A stretch of DNA of 64,000 nt, from positions 608,001 to 672,000 of the forward strand of contig CALSNU010000002.1 of the NCBI GenBank assembly GCA_943787795.1, read 5' to 3'. Numbering within the stretch: the first letter of the stretch is position 1; every line of letters starts with the position of its first letter. The notes beneath the pieces are model-generated. The model did no database searches. It had not been told where the DNA came from and saw nothing but the letters and a program-made list of their open reading frames with translations. The DNA comes from an uncultured bacterium (GTDB taxonomy: Bacteria > Planctomycetota > UBA1135 > GCA-002686595). Below are positions 41,257-50,709 of this stretch, one piece after another. The translations under genes and the position numbers were made by a program.

Positions 41257-41403
41257 GGAAGCTGTATGGGGGTGAGGGCCGGGCCGGGATGGGCGGACTG
41301 GATGGTAAGCCACCCCCGGCGATCGGGGTGACCCGCAGGGGGATCACCCGCGCACCGCGCGGGGCCGTCTAAGCTGACCCTCCTCCGCGGCGGCACGCCG
41401 CCC

Positions 41404-42519
41404 ATGCCTCACTCCACGCCACCGATGCGACTGCTCCCTCTCGTCTCCCTGTTGCTTGCTGCCTGCGCCTCCGGACCAGCCACCGTCGAGGACCAGGCAC
41501 CTCCCCTCAACGAGACCTCGTCCGCCGACCTCGTGGAGCCACGGGTCATCTCCCGGGTGGCCTTCGGGTCCTGCGCTCGCGAAGACCGGGACCAGGACAT
41601 CTGGTCGTCGATCGTTGGCGTGGAGCCGGACCTGTTCCTGTTCGCCGGCGACAACGTCTACGTGGACCTGCTCGAGGTGCCGACCCGGCGGGAGGAGTTC
41701 ACGGCCTCCTACGCCGCGCTGGGAGCCAAGCCCGGCTGGCAGGCGCTCCAGGCGACCTGCCCGGTGCTCGCCACCTGGGACGATCATGACTACGGCAAGG
41801 ACGACGCCGGGGTGGAGTGGGCGCTCAAGGGCGTCGCCCAGGAGGCGTTCCTCGACTTCTTCGGGGTGCCCGAGGCCTCGCCGCGCCGCGCTCGGGAGGG
41901 GGTCTATCACTCCTCGCTTCACGGGCCGGAGGGCAGGCGTCTGCAGGTCATCCTGCTCGACACCCGGACCCACCGCACCGCGCTGACCCGCAACCCTGGC
42001 GATCGTGGAGGACGCGGCCCGTATCTCCCCGGGGACCGGCCGGATCAGTCCGTGCTCGGGGCGGAGCAGTGGAGCTGGCTCGAGGACCAGCTCCGGACCC
42101 CCGCCGACCTGCGCCTCATCGTGTCCTCGATCCAGGTGGTGCCCGACGAGCACGGCTGGGAAGGCTGGTGCAACATGCCCGCCGAGCGCGCGCGGCTGTT
42201 CGGCCTCATCGAGGACACCGGCGCCGCAGGCGTGATCTTCCTCAGCGGCGATCGCCACCTGATCGAGCTCTCGCGTCTGGACGGCGGGGCCTATCCGCTC
42301 TGGGACTTCACCTCGTCGGGCTTCAACTGGGGCTCGAAGGCCATCGAGGAGCCCAACCGCTTCCGGGTCGGCCCGGTGATGCGGGTGCCGAACTTCGGGG
42401 TGATCGAGGTCGACTGGGAGCGCGCGGACCCGACGGTGGCGCTGTCCGGCCGCGGCCTCGGTGGCGAGCCGCTGCTGGGCGCCACGATTCCCCTGAGCGC
42501 GCTCCAGCCAAGGCCCTGA
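41404..42519 (+). CDS. phoD: PhoD-like alkaline phosphatase
   Basis: AFGSC, GDNVY, TWDDHDYG, LLDTR, SGDRH. Confidence 0.9.
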   Translation: MPHSTPPMRLLPLVSLLLAACASGPATVEDQAPPLNETSSADLVEPRVISRVAFGSCAREDRDQDIWSSIVGVEPDLFLFAGDNVYVDLLEVPTRREEFTASYAALGAKPGWQALQATCPVLATWDDHDYGKDDAGVEWALKGVAQEAFLDFFGVPEASPRRAREGVYHSSLHGPEGRRLQVILLDTRTHRTALTRNPGDRGGRGPYLPGDRPDQSVLGAEQWSWLEDQLRTPADLRLIVSSIQVVPDEHGWEGWCNMPAERARLFGLIEDTGAAGVIFLSGDRHLIELSRLDGGAYPLWDFTSSGFNWGSKAIEEPNRFRVGPVMRVPNFGVIEVDWERADPTVALSGRGLGGEPLLGATIPLSALQPRP

Positions 42520-42544
42520 CGCTGGCCGCTATGCTCGGGAGTCC

Positions 42545-43240
42545 ATGAAGTGCTCCACGCTGCCCCCGCTCCTCCTCGCCCTCTCCGCCTGCGCCGCCCC
42601 CCAGCAAGAGACCCGAACCGCCGTGCCTGAAGGGATCAACGACAGCTTCCTGGCCGAGGACGCCGACGTGGACCGCTTCGCGGGCCGCTGGGAACTGGAG
42701 AGCCGCGAGGTGTACGCGAACCGCGAGGAGATCCTCGCGACGCTCCAGATCCAGCCCGGCGAGACCGTGGCGGATATCGGCACGGGGACCGGCCTCTACG
42801 TGGAGCCCTTCGCGGCCGCGGTGGGGCCCGAAGGCCGGGTCCTGGCCGTGGACATCTCCCCGAAGTTCATCTTCCACGTGCGCGAGCGCGCCGAGGCGGC
42901 GGGCCTTGATCAGGTGGAGGTGATGCTCTCCACGGAGCGCTCGGCGGAGCTCCCGGAGGGGTCGGTGGACGTGGCGTTCCTGTGCGACGTCTACCACCAC
43001 TTCGAGTACCACGAGGACATGCTGCGCTCGATCCGCCGCGCCCTGAAGCCGGGCGGCCGCTTCGTCGTCATTGACTTCGACCGCGTGCCCGGCGTGACCC
43101 GCGAGTGGCTCATGGGCCACATCCGCGCCGGCAAGGACGTCTTCGTGGGCGAGATCGAGGCGGCTGGCTTCCGCATCGACCAGGAGATCGAGATCTCCGG
43201 CTTCGAGGAGAACTACTGCGTGCGCTTCATCCGGGACTGA
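42545..43240 (+). CDS. Class I SAM methyltransferase with lipoprotein signal
   Basis: VADIGTGTG, AVDI, DVYHH, ALKPGG; lipobox LSAC. Confidence 0.88.
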   Translation: MKCSTLPPLLLALSACAAPQQETRTAVPEGINDSFLAEDADVDRFAGRWELESREVYANREEILATLQIQPGETVADIGTGTGLYVEPFAAAVGPEGRVLAVDISPKFIFHVRERAEAAGLDQVEVMLSTERSAELPEGSVDVAFLCDVYHHFEYHEDMLRSIRRALKPGGRFVVIDFDRVPGVTREWLMGHIRAGKDVFVGEIEAAGFRIDQEIEISGFEENYCVRFIRD

Positions 43241-43337
43241 GGAGCAGCGCGAGCCGCGGTCGATTCGCGCCGCGATGCGACCTCCTCAGCGGGACTTTGG
43301 CCCGCCTCGGGCCGTCTGGGCCGATGATGTGGTGGTC

Positions 43338-44363
43338 ATGAGGAACCTGCGAACACGCCTGCGCGCTGCCATGCGCCCCGTGCTCTCCCGAGCCATCCCT
43401 GCCCTGTTGGGCGTCGCCGCCCTCGTCGGCGGCGCCCACGCGGTCGCGGCCGAGTCGGACCGCCTCCTGCCGAACCTGGCGCTGCCGACCCTGGGCGGGA
43501 GCCAGCTCTGGGCGGACCTCGCTGTTGACGGTGGCTGGCGCGTTCAGCGCCACGTGTGGACCGGGCACGCTCGCCTCCTGGACGGGGACAACGTGCGCCG
43601 GGCATGGGGCTCCAAGGCGGCCTGCCTCGCGGCCCTGCGTGACCACGGCAAGGCGGTGGAGGGCCATGGGCGCCCGGTGGTGGTGGTGCTCCACGGGCTG
43701 TGGCGGACCCGCCGCTCCATGTCGTCCCTCGCGGCCTCCTTCCGGGGAGCGGGCTACGAGGTGATCGACGTCACCTACCCGAGCGCCCGCGCGTCCATCA
43801 AGGAGCACGCGGCCCAGGTCGCAGGAATCTTGGACCGACTGAGCGGCTCGGATCGCGAGGTCTCCTTCGTGACCCACAGCCTCGGGGCGCTCGTGACCCG
43901 CCAACTGCTCGCCCGCGAGGGGGACCCCTGGAGGGGCCGCCACCGGGTGCACCGCGCCGTGTTCATCGCGCCCCCCAACCGGGGCGCGCGCCTGGCGGAG
44001 ATCGGTCGGAAGGTCCCGCTGCTCTCGTGGATTTACGGCGAGCCCATGCGGCAGATCGCGGGCGGCTTCGCCCGTGAGCTGGCGGGGCCGGGGATCCCCT
44101 TCGCCACCATCGCCGGCGGCTGCGGGGACGATGAGGGCTGGAACCCCTTGATCCCCGGGGACGACGACGGCGTGGTGGCCGTGGCCGAGACCCGCCTCCG
44201 GGGCGCCGCGGGTGAGCTGGTCGTGCGCAGGCTCCACACGACGATCATGAAGGACCCCGCGGCCATCGACGCGGCCGTCGAGTTCATCCAGCGGGGGGTG
44301 TTCCCCGCCAGCGGGGCGGCCGCAACGGGGACGGCTCCGGCGGCGCCGAAGCGGTCCAGGTGA
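43338..44363 (+). CDS. Alpha/beta hydrolase (lipase/esterase-like)
   Basis: LHGL oxyanion motif, THSLG nucleophile elbow, DDGVV Asp, LHTT His. Confidence 0.85.
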   Translation: MRNLRTRLRAAMRPVLSRAIPALLGVAALVGGAHAVAAESDRLLPNLALPTLGGSQLWADLAVDGGWRVQRHVWTGHARLLDGDNVRRAWGSKAACLAALRDHGKAVEGHGRPVVVVLHGLWRTRRSMSSLAASFRGAGYEVIDVTYPSARASIKEHAAQVAGILDRLSGSDREVSFVTHSLGALVTRQLLAREGDPWRGRHRVHRAVFIAPPNRGARLAEIGRKVPLLSWIYGEPMRQIAGGFARELAGPGIPFATIAGGCGDDEGWNPLIPGDDDGVVAVAETRLRGAAGELVVRRLHTTIMKDPAAIDAAVEFIQRGVFPASGAAATGTAPAAPKRSR

Positions 44364-44418
44364 GCCGCTGAACCCCGGCGTGGGGCGGCCTTGGACCTAG
44401 GCCTGTCGCCCCATGGGT

Positions 44419-46125
44419 TCAGTCGCGCTGGAAGAGGACCTCGCCGCCGACGACGGTGAGGTCCACGCGGGCGTCGAGGATCTCGTCGTCGGGGCAGGCG
44501 AGGATGTCCTTGGAGAGGACGACGACGTCGGCGAGCTTGCCGGGCTCGAGGGAGCCCTTGAGGTCCTCCTCGAAGGCGGAGTAGGCGCAGGCGATGGTGT
44601 AGGAGCGCAGGGCCTCCATGCGGGTCATGCGCTGGTCCGGGAAGAAGACCATGCCGTCGGAGCGCCTGCGGGTGACCGTGGAGTAGTAGCTCGCGATGGG
44701 ATCGAGGTCCTCCACCGGGGCGTCGGTGCCGTTGGTGACCACGGCGCCCGAGTCCAGGAGGTCGCGCCACATGTAGGCGCCGCTCTTCGCGCGCTCGGGG
44801 CCAAGGCGCCGCAGGACCCAGGGGGCGTCCGAGGTGCAGTGGACGCCCTGCATGGCCGCGATGACGCCGAGCTGGGCGAAGCGTGGGAGGTCGTCGGGGT
44901 GGATGTGCTGGGCGTGCTCCACGCGCCAGCGCAGGTCGGCCTTGCCGCCCTCTCCGTCGGGCGCTTCAGGCAAGAAGCGCTCGAAGATGTCGAGGGTCTC
45001 GCGGTTGGCGCGGTCGCCGATGGCGTGCACGCACAGCTGGACGTCGTGCTCGAGGGCGAGCCGGGCGCAGGCCTCGACCTCGTCGATGGGGACGGTGTTC
45101 AGGCCGGCGCTGGTCGTGAGGTCGGCGTAGGGCTCCAGGAGCCACGCGCCGTGGGAGCCCAGGGCGCCGTCGATGGAGCGCTTGATGCCGCGCACCGTGA
45201 GGTGGTGGTTGGCGTGGCCGACCACGCGCGTCGCGGCGAGCCGCTCGGTGAGCTCGGCCACGGGCTCGCGGAGCATCATCCACACGCGCACGTCGAGCTC
45301 GCCGCGGTCGGCCATGCGGCGCAGGAGCTCAGCGTCCTCGAAGGAGCTGCCCGCGTCCTGGAAGGAGGTCACGCCCTTGCGCAGGCACTCCTCCACGGCG
45401 TAGGCGGCCATCTCGCGCGGGTCCGCGCCGCGGGAGCGGAGGTAGGCCGGCTCCAGCAGGTAGGCCGCCGTCTCGCGGAGGGCGCCGGTGGGGGCGCCGC
45501 CTGGGTCGCGGATGATCTCGCCTCCCTCCGGCGGCACGGTGTCCCCGTCGATGCCGCTGAGCTCCATGGCCTTGGCGTTCGCGAAGGCGGCGTGTCCGCT
45601 GGCGTGGGTCAGGATCACCGGGTGCTCGGGGGAGGCGGCGGAGAGGTCCTCGTGGCGGGGCAGCCCGTCGATGGCGCCGCGGGGGGCGGTGGTCCACTTC
45701 TCCTGGTGCCAGCCGCGGCCGCGGATGAGGGTCCCGGGCTCGAGGGTGGCGGCGGCCTTGGCCACCAGCGCGACGATCTCGTCCCAGGTCTTGGCCTGGC
45801 GCAGGTCGAGCTGCATGGCCGAGTCGCCCACGCCGAGGAAGTGGCCGTGCCCCTCGATGAAGCCGGGGATCGCGAGGCGCCCCTCAAGGTCGATAACCCG
45901 CGTCTGCTCGCCGATCAGCCGTCGGATCTCCTCCTCGCTCCCCACGGCGAGGACGCGGTCCCCGCGCATGGCGATGGACTGCCCCTCGGTGCGGTTGGGG
46001 TCCACGGTGACCACGCGGCCGCCCGCGAGGACGAGGTCAGCCAGCTGGCCGGGGCCGCCTTCCTGGAGGCTGGCTCCGGAGACAGGGAGGGAGAGGAAGA
46101 GCGCGGTCAGGGGGGCGAGGATCAT
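44419..46125 (-). CDS. Secreted amidohydrolase_3 (YtcJ-like)
   Basis: PGFIEGHGH, DGALGS, HAIGD, EHAQ, GTDAP, GKLADVVVL; signal peptide. Confidence 0.92.
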   Translation of the reverse strand: MILAPLTALFLSLPVSGASLQEGGPGQLADLVLAGGRVVTVDPNRTEGQSIAMRGDRVLAVGSEEEIRRLIGEQTRVIDLEGRLAIPGFIEGHGHFLGVGDSAMQLDLRQAKTWDEIVALVAKAAATLEPGTLIRGRGWHQEKWTTAPRGAIDGLPRHEDLSAASPEHPVILTHASGHAAFANAKAMELSGIDGDTVPPEGGEIIRDPGGAPTGALRETAAYLLEPAYLRSRGADPREMAAYAVEECLRKGVTSFQDAGSSFEDAELLRRMADRGELDVRVWMMLREPVAELTERLAATRVVGHANHHLTVRGIKRSIDGALGSHGAWLLEPYADLTTSAGLNTVPIDEVEACARLALEHDVQLCVHAIGDRANRETLDIFERFLPEAPDGEGGKADLRWRVEHAQHIHPDDLPRFAQLGVIAAMQGVHCTSDAPWVLRRLGPERAKSGAYMWRDLLDSGAVVTNGTDAPVEDLDPIASYYSTVTRRRSDGMVFFPDQRMTRMEALRSYTIACAYSAFEEDLKGSLEPGKLADVVVLSKDILACPDDEILDARVDLTVVGGEVLFQRD

Positions 46126-46192
46126 CGGGGGGCTCCGTCGTGGTGGACGGTTCGAGGATAGCGACCCGCGGCCTCGCCGCTCGATTCCCGGC

Positions 46193-46237
46193 GGCCCGCC
46201 CTCTGGAGGCCCGCCCTCTGGGGGCCCGCCCTCAGGG
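46193..46237. repeat. 15-bp tandem repeat x3
   Basis: ggcccgccctctgga / ggcccgccctctggg / ggcccgccctcaggg; the last copy overlaps the cytochrome stop codon. Confidence 0.75.
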
Positions 46238-46576
46238 AGTGCGGCCCGCGGCCTCGAAGACGTAGGACGCAACGTCCTCCATCTCGCCGGCCTTGAGCAC
46301 CTCCTTCTGCGTCGGCATCACGCCGACGCCCTGCTGGACCGAGCGCAGGATCTTGTCGCGGGAGGGGCGCATCACGTCGAGGTTTGGGCCCACGTTGGCG
46401 ACGGTGCCCGCGTCCTTGAGCGTGTGGCAGGTGCCGCACTTGGGCTCGGAGTGCTTCAGGAACACCTCTCGGCCCCGGAGGGCCGCCTTGCTGAAGGGCT
46501 TGGGGCCGTCACTGCACGAGACGGAGGCGCTGGCCGCCGCGAGGGCGGCCAGGGCGAGGGCGGAGGCGAGTCGCAT
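46232..46576 (-). CDS. sorU: SorU-like monoheme cytochrome c (sulfite dehydrogenase electron acceptor)
   Basis: CGTCHTL..AG...VGPNLD...GVMP; exported lipoprotein-type signal; directly downstream of the SorT-like gene. Confidence 0.78.
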   Translation of the reverse strand: MRLASALALAALAAASASVSCSDGPKPFSKAALRGREVFLKHSEPKCGTCHTLKDAGTVANVGPNLDVMRPSRDKILRSVQQGVGVMPTQKEVLKAGEMEDVASYVFEAAGRTP

Positions 46577-46580
46577 GGGC

Positions 46581-47774
46581 TCAGCCGACGTTGACGGTGA
46601 TGCTCGGGTCGCTCCAGCCGTTGTGGGCGTACCCGCGGTGGTTCTCGACCCGCTTCTCCGGCTGGACCTTCCCGTCCGCGGAGGTGGCGCGAGAGGCGAT
46701 CTGGTGCTGGCCCGGAGAGGCGTCCCAGCGGTAGCTGAACCGGCGCCATGCGTAGGGGCCCATATCCGTGCCGACCATTTCGGCGGGGGCCCAGTTCGCG
46801 CCGCCGTCGGTGGAGACCTCCACCGATTGAATGGGTGACTCGCCGCAGAACGCGACCCCGGTCACGTCCACGATGCCGACCTTGAGCGCCTTGTCGCCGA
46901 GGGGGTCGTCGACCCAGGACTTCACGTTCATGGCCCACATGGAGGGCTGGTCCGCCGCGCCCTTCTCGCCGATGGGGCGGACGCGGTACTTGGACACCTG
47001 GATCTTGGCGTCGGACTCCTCGGCGGTGGCGGCGAGGCGCTTGAGGTACTTGACGTTGTTGACCCCGTAGAAGCCGGGCACCACGAGGCGCAGGGGGCCG
47101 CCGTGGGAGATGTTCACGGGCTCACCGTTCAGCTCCCAGGCGAGGATGGCGTCCTCCATTCCCTTCTCGAGCGGGATAGAGCGTTCGACCACGAGGTCCC
47201 GCTCGTTCAGCGCGGCGGGGATCGCCTCACCGCCGGTCCCTGTCAGGAATTTCGTGCCGCTGGCAGCTCCGCCCATGGCCTCGAGGACCTTCTTCACAGG
47301 CACCCCGGTCCACTGCACGTTGGCCGCGGCGCCGACGCCCCATGCCGAGCCTGAGGGGCCGTGCTCGAAGAAGAAGCGCCCGTTGCCCGAGCACTGCAGC
47401 ACGGCGGTGATCGTGGTGGAGCCCAGGGCCTTGAGCTCCTTGATGGTCATCGAGCCGGGGTTCGCGACCCCGTCGATCTCCAGGGACCAGGCGTCAGGGT
47501 CCTTGAGGATGGCCTTATCCGGGAAGCCGAGGTTGCCCCGGACGAAGACCTTGTCCGTGGGGGTGATCTCGTCCCGCAGCACGCTCCGCTTGGACTCGAT
47601 GGTCATCGGCCCGTGGACGATGAAGTTCTTCGGGTCCATGCCGTCGGGCAGCATGGTCACGCTCTCGCTGACCTCGGACCCGCAGGAGGCGAACCAGAGG
47701 GCCCCGGCGGCGACGCCGAGGGTGGAGCCGAGGAAGCGACGGCGGTCCTGGAGGAGGCGTGATGCGGGCGTCAT
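46581..47774 (-). CDS. sorT: Molybdopterin sulfite dehydrogenase/oxidase (SorT-like), Tat-exported
   Basis: RRRFL Tat motif, LQCSGNGR Mo-Cys, HGGPLRLVVPG.YGVNNVK, SRAT, N..GYAHNGW. Confidence 0.85.
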   Translation of the reverse strand: MTPASRLLQDRRRFLGSTLGVAAGALWFASCGSEVSESVTMLPDGMDPKNFIVHGPMTIESKRSVLRDEITPTDKVFVRGNLGFPDKAILKDPDAWSLEIDGVANPGSMTIKELKALGSTTITAVLQCSGNGRFFFEHGPSGSAWGVGAAANVQWTGVPVKKVLEAMGGAASGTKFLTGTGGEAIPAALNERDLVVERSIPLEKGMEDAILAWELNGEPVNISHGGPLRLVVPGFYGVNNVKYLKRLAATAEESDAKIQVSKYRVRPIGEKGAADQPSMWAMNVKSWVDDPLGDKALKVGIVDVTGVAFCGESPIQSVEVSTDGGANWAPAEMVGTDMGPYAWRRFSYRWDASPGQHQIASRATSADGKVQPEKRVENHRGYAHNGWSDPSITVNVG

Positions 47775-48012
47775 GGGCGATGTGGGAAGGGGGCCGGAGA
47801 CCCACGGGGCGATGGGGCCGCCGAGGGGCGACCGAATGTACGCGAAGGGTCACAGGTGCGCTCAGGGAGTGTCCGGAGGTCCTGCAAATCGGCGACCCGG
47901 TTCGCGTGGCGATCCGGATTGCGACCGGCGACCCGGAGGGGGTCGCCCGCCTGCATCCAGCCGCGGGCCCCGTGCGATTTGTCACAGGTAGCCCCGCAAC
48001 CCTCCCGCTGAC

Positions 48013-49326
48013 ATGACCATCCTCACTCTCCTCGCGCTCCTCCCCATTTCCGGAGTCCCCTCGGCCACCGTTCACGTGCCCGTCGCGTCCACTCCCGACG
48101 CCACTGCGGCGGATGAGGTGAAGGACTACACCGTCTGGAACCAGTGGCGAGGCGCCGCTCGCAACGGGGTCGTCGGTGGGCAGGAGTGGCCCGCGACCCT
48201 GACCCAGGAGAACGTGACCGAGGTCTGGTCCATCAAGGACCTCGGCGACAGCTACGCGACGCCCCTGGTCGCCGGGGACCGTGTGTTCACGGTCTCCACC
48301 GTCGACAAGAAGCAGGAGGTCGCTCAGGCCTACGACCGTAAGACCGGCGAGGAGGTCTGGGAGACCCGCTGGGACGGCGCCATGAAGGTGCCCTTCTTCG
48401 CCGCGAAGAACGGCTCCTGGATCCGCAGCACCCCGGCCTTCGATGGGGAGGCCCTCTACATCGGCGGCATGCGCGACGTCGTGGTCTGCCTGAACGCCAG
48501 CGACGGCTCGGTGCGCTGGCGCGTGGACTTCGTGAAGGAGTTCGACGCCAAGATGCCCTCCTTCGGGCTGGTGTGCTCGCCGCTGATCGTGGGGGACGCC
48601 CTCTACATCCAGGCCGGCGAGTCCATCGCGCGCCTCGACAAGGACACCGGTGAGACGGTCTGGCGCTCCACCGGCGGCAGCAACGCGGGGGGTATGGACA
48701 GCGCCTTCAGCTCGCCCATCCTGACCACCCTCGCGGGGCGCGAGCAGCTGGTGGTCCAGTCCCGTAGCCACCTCAGCGGCATGGACCCCGAGACCGGCGA
48801 TGAGCTGTGGACCCAGCCGGTGAAGGCCTTCCGCGGCATGAACATCCTCACGCCCCAGCCCTACGGCGACGCGATCTTCACGTCAGCCTACGGCGGCCGT
48901 GCGCACCTCTACTCCGTCGCCAAGGGCGAAGAGGGGATGGAGGTCAACGAGGCCTGGACCGCCAGAGCCCAGGCCTACATGACCTCCCCCGTCGTCGTCG
49001 GGAGCCACGCCTTCCTCTTCCTGCGGAGCAACCGCTTCACCTGCGTCGGCCTCGAGGAGGGCACGGACGGCTGGGTCTCCGGGCCCACCGGGGACGAGTA
49101 CTGGTCGCTGGTGGCCCAGGGCAAGCGCATCCTGGCCCTCGCCAACACGGGCTCCCTGCGCCTGATCAACGCCGACCCCGCCGAGTACGACGTGGCAGGC
49201 GAAGTTGATCTGGTCGAGGGCCCCAGCTGGGGCCACCTCGCCGTGACCGCCCCGGTCGAGGGAGAGGCGGGCACGATGATCTTCGTGCGCGCCCAGAACT
49301 CCCTGCACGCCTTCAGCTGGAAGTGA
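48013..49326 (+). CDS. PQQ-like beta-propeller secreted protein
   Basis: WNQWRGAARNG, repeated TGE.VW and SSP motifs. Confidence 0.88.
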   Translation: MTILTLLALLPISGVPSATVHVPVASTPDATAADEVKDYTVWNQWRGAARNGVVGGQEWPATLTQENVTEVWSIKDLGDSYATPLVAGDRVFTVSTVDKKQEVAQAYDRKTGEEVWETRWDGAMKVPFFAAKNGSWIRSTPAFDGEALYIGGMRDVVVCLNASDGSVRWRVDFVKEFDAKMPSFGLVCSPLIVGDALYIQAGESIARLDKDTGETVWRSTGGSNAGGMDSAFSSPILTTLAGREQLVVQSRSHLSGMDPETGDELWTQPVKAFRGMNILTPQPYGDAIFTSAYGGRAHLYSVAKGEEGMEVNEAWTARAQAYMTSPVVVGSHAFLFLRSNRFTCVGLEEGTDGWVSGPTGDEYWSLVAQGKRILALANTGSLRLINADPAEYDVAGEVDLVEGPSWGHLAVTAPVEGEAGTMIFVRAQNSLHAFSWK

Positions 49327-49354
49327 TTCCACGGCCCCTGGGCCACCCATCCCC

Positions 49355-50686
49355 ATGATCCTCTCCCTACTCGTCGCGGCGCCCGCCGCCCTCGCGCCCC
49401 TCCAGGACGCCACCTGGCCGTCCTTCCGCGGCCCCTCTGGCAACGGGGTCGTCGCGGCGCACCCGCTCCGCTGGAACGACGAGGAAAACCTCGCGTGGAA
49501 GGTCGAGGTGCCCGGCGGCGGCTGGTCCTCCCCCGTGGTCGTCGAGGACCGGGTCTTCATCACCACGGCGGTGCAGCCGGACAAGGAGGGGGGCGGCCGG
49601 CCCCTGGGCTTCATGGGCGGCGTGCGCATGCCCGAGAGCCGCGGCGGCGGCGCGAAGGCGCCTGAGAAGCCCATGTCCTTCCAGGTTCGGGCTTACTCCC
49701 TGGAGAGCGGTGAGCTGGTCTTCGAGAAGGAGCTCGCCAGCCGCGCCCCGGCCCACGGGATCCACCCCTGCAACACCTACGCCACCGAGTCCCCCGCCAC
49801 CGACGGTGAGCGGGTGGTGTGCTACTTCGGCGCCATCGGCCTGGTGGCCTGCGTGGACCTCGAGGGCGAGCTGATCTGGGAGCAGGAGCTCGGCATGTTC
49901 GAGATGAACGCCGACTTCGGGACCGGGAGCGCGCTCGCGATCGGCGGCGGCAACGTCTTCATCCAGAACGACAACAACGAGTCGAGCTTCGTGGTCGCCT
50001 TCAGCATGGAGGACGGCAAGCAGGCCTGGCGCGTGGAGCGGCCGAAGGGCACCGCCTGGGCCAGCCCCACCATGTGGACCCACGGGGACGCCACCGACCT
50101 TGTGGTCTGCGGCCCCGACTCGGTGACCGGCTACGCGCCCAACAGCGGAGACGTCCGCTGGCGCGTGGAGGGCATCGGCGGCACCTTCAGCGCTTCGGCG
50201 GCGGCCTCCGGCGACCGCCTGATCTTTGGCAACAGCGCCCAGATGCGCCGCGGCCCCCTGATCGCCATCGACGCCACGGTCGACGGCGTGGTGGACGTGG
50301 ACGCGGAGGACGAAGAGAGCCCCGTGCTCTGGAACATCGGCCGCGCCGGCCCGGGCTTCTCGTCGCCCGTGACGGTCAACGGCCTCGTGTGGGTCGCCAA
50401 CTCCCAGGGCATCCTGACCTGCCGCGACGCGGCCACCGGAGAGGAGCTCTACGACGAGCGGCTCCCCGGCCTGCGCAACGTGGTGTCCTGCCCGTGGACC
50501 GACGGCGAGCACGTGTTCGTCCTCTCCGAGGGCGGCACCACCGTCGCCGTGAAGGCCGCGCGTGAGTTCGAGATCGTGGCCACCAACGAGGTGGACGGGA
50601 TCTTCTGGGGCACGCCTTCCGCGGCGGAGGGCAGCCTGCTCTTGCGCAGCGCCGACTCTCTCATCTGCGTCCGCGCCAAGGACTGA
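49355..50686 (+). CDS. PQQ-like beta-propeller secreted protein
   Basis: WPSFRGPSGNG, GWSSPVV, YATESPATDG, WASP. Confidence 0.88.
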   Translation: MILSLLVAAPAALAPLQDATWPSFRGPSGNGVVAAHPLRWNDEENLAWKVEVPGGGWSSPVVVEDRVFITTAVQPDKEGGGRPLGFMGGVRMPESRGGGAKAPEKPMSFQVRAYSLESGELVFEKELASRAPAHGIHPCNTYATESPATDGERVVCYFGAIGLVACVDLEGELIWEQELGMFEMNADFGTGSALAIGGGNVFIQNDNNESSFVVAFSMEDGKQAWRVERPKGTAWASPTMWTHGDATDLVVCGPDSVTGYAPNSGDVRWRVEGIGGTFSASAAASGDRLIFGNSAQMRRGPLIAIDATVDGVVDVDAEDEESPVLWNIGRAGPGFSSPVTVNGLVWVANSQGILTCRDAATGEELYDERLPGLRNVVSCPWTDGEHVFVLSEGGTTVAVKAAREFEIVATNEVDGIFWGTPSAAEGSLLLRSADSLICVRAKD

Positions 50687-50709
50687 GCGCCCCCAGCTGC
50701 GCCGGCCGC

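Noticed and set aside
48013..50686. BamB or true PQQ dehydrogenases
   Set aside because: These are generic PQQ-like propellers, which are heavily expanded in planctomycetes. There is no bam context and no dehydrogenase-specific motif.
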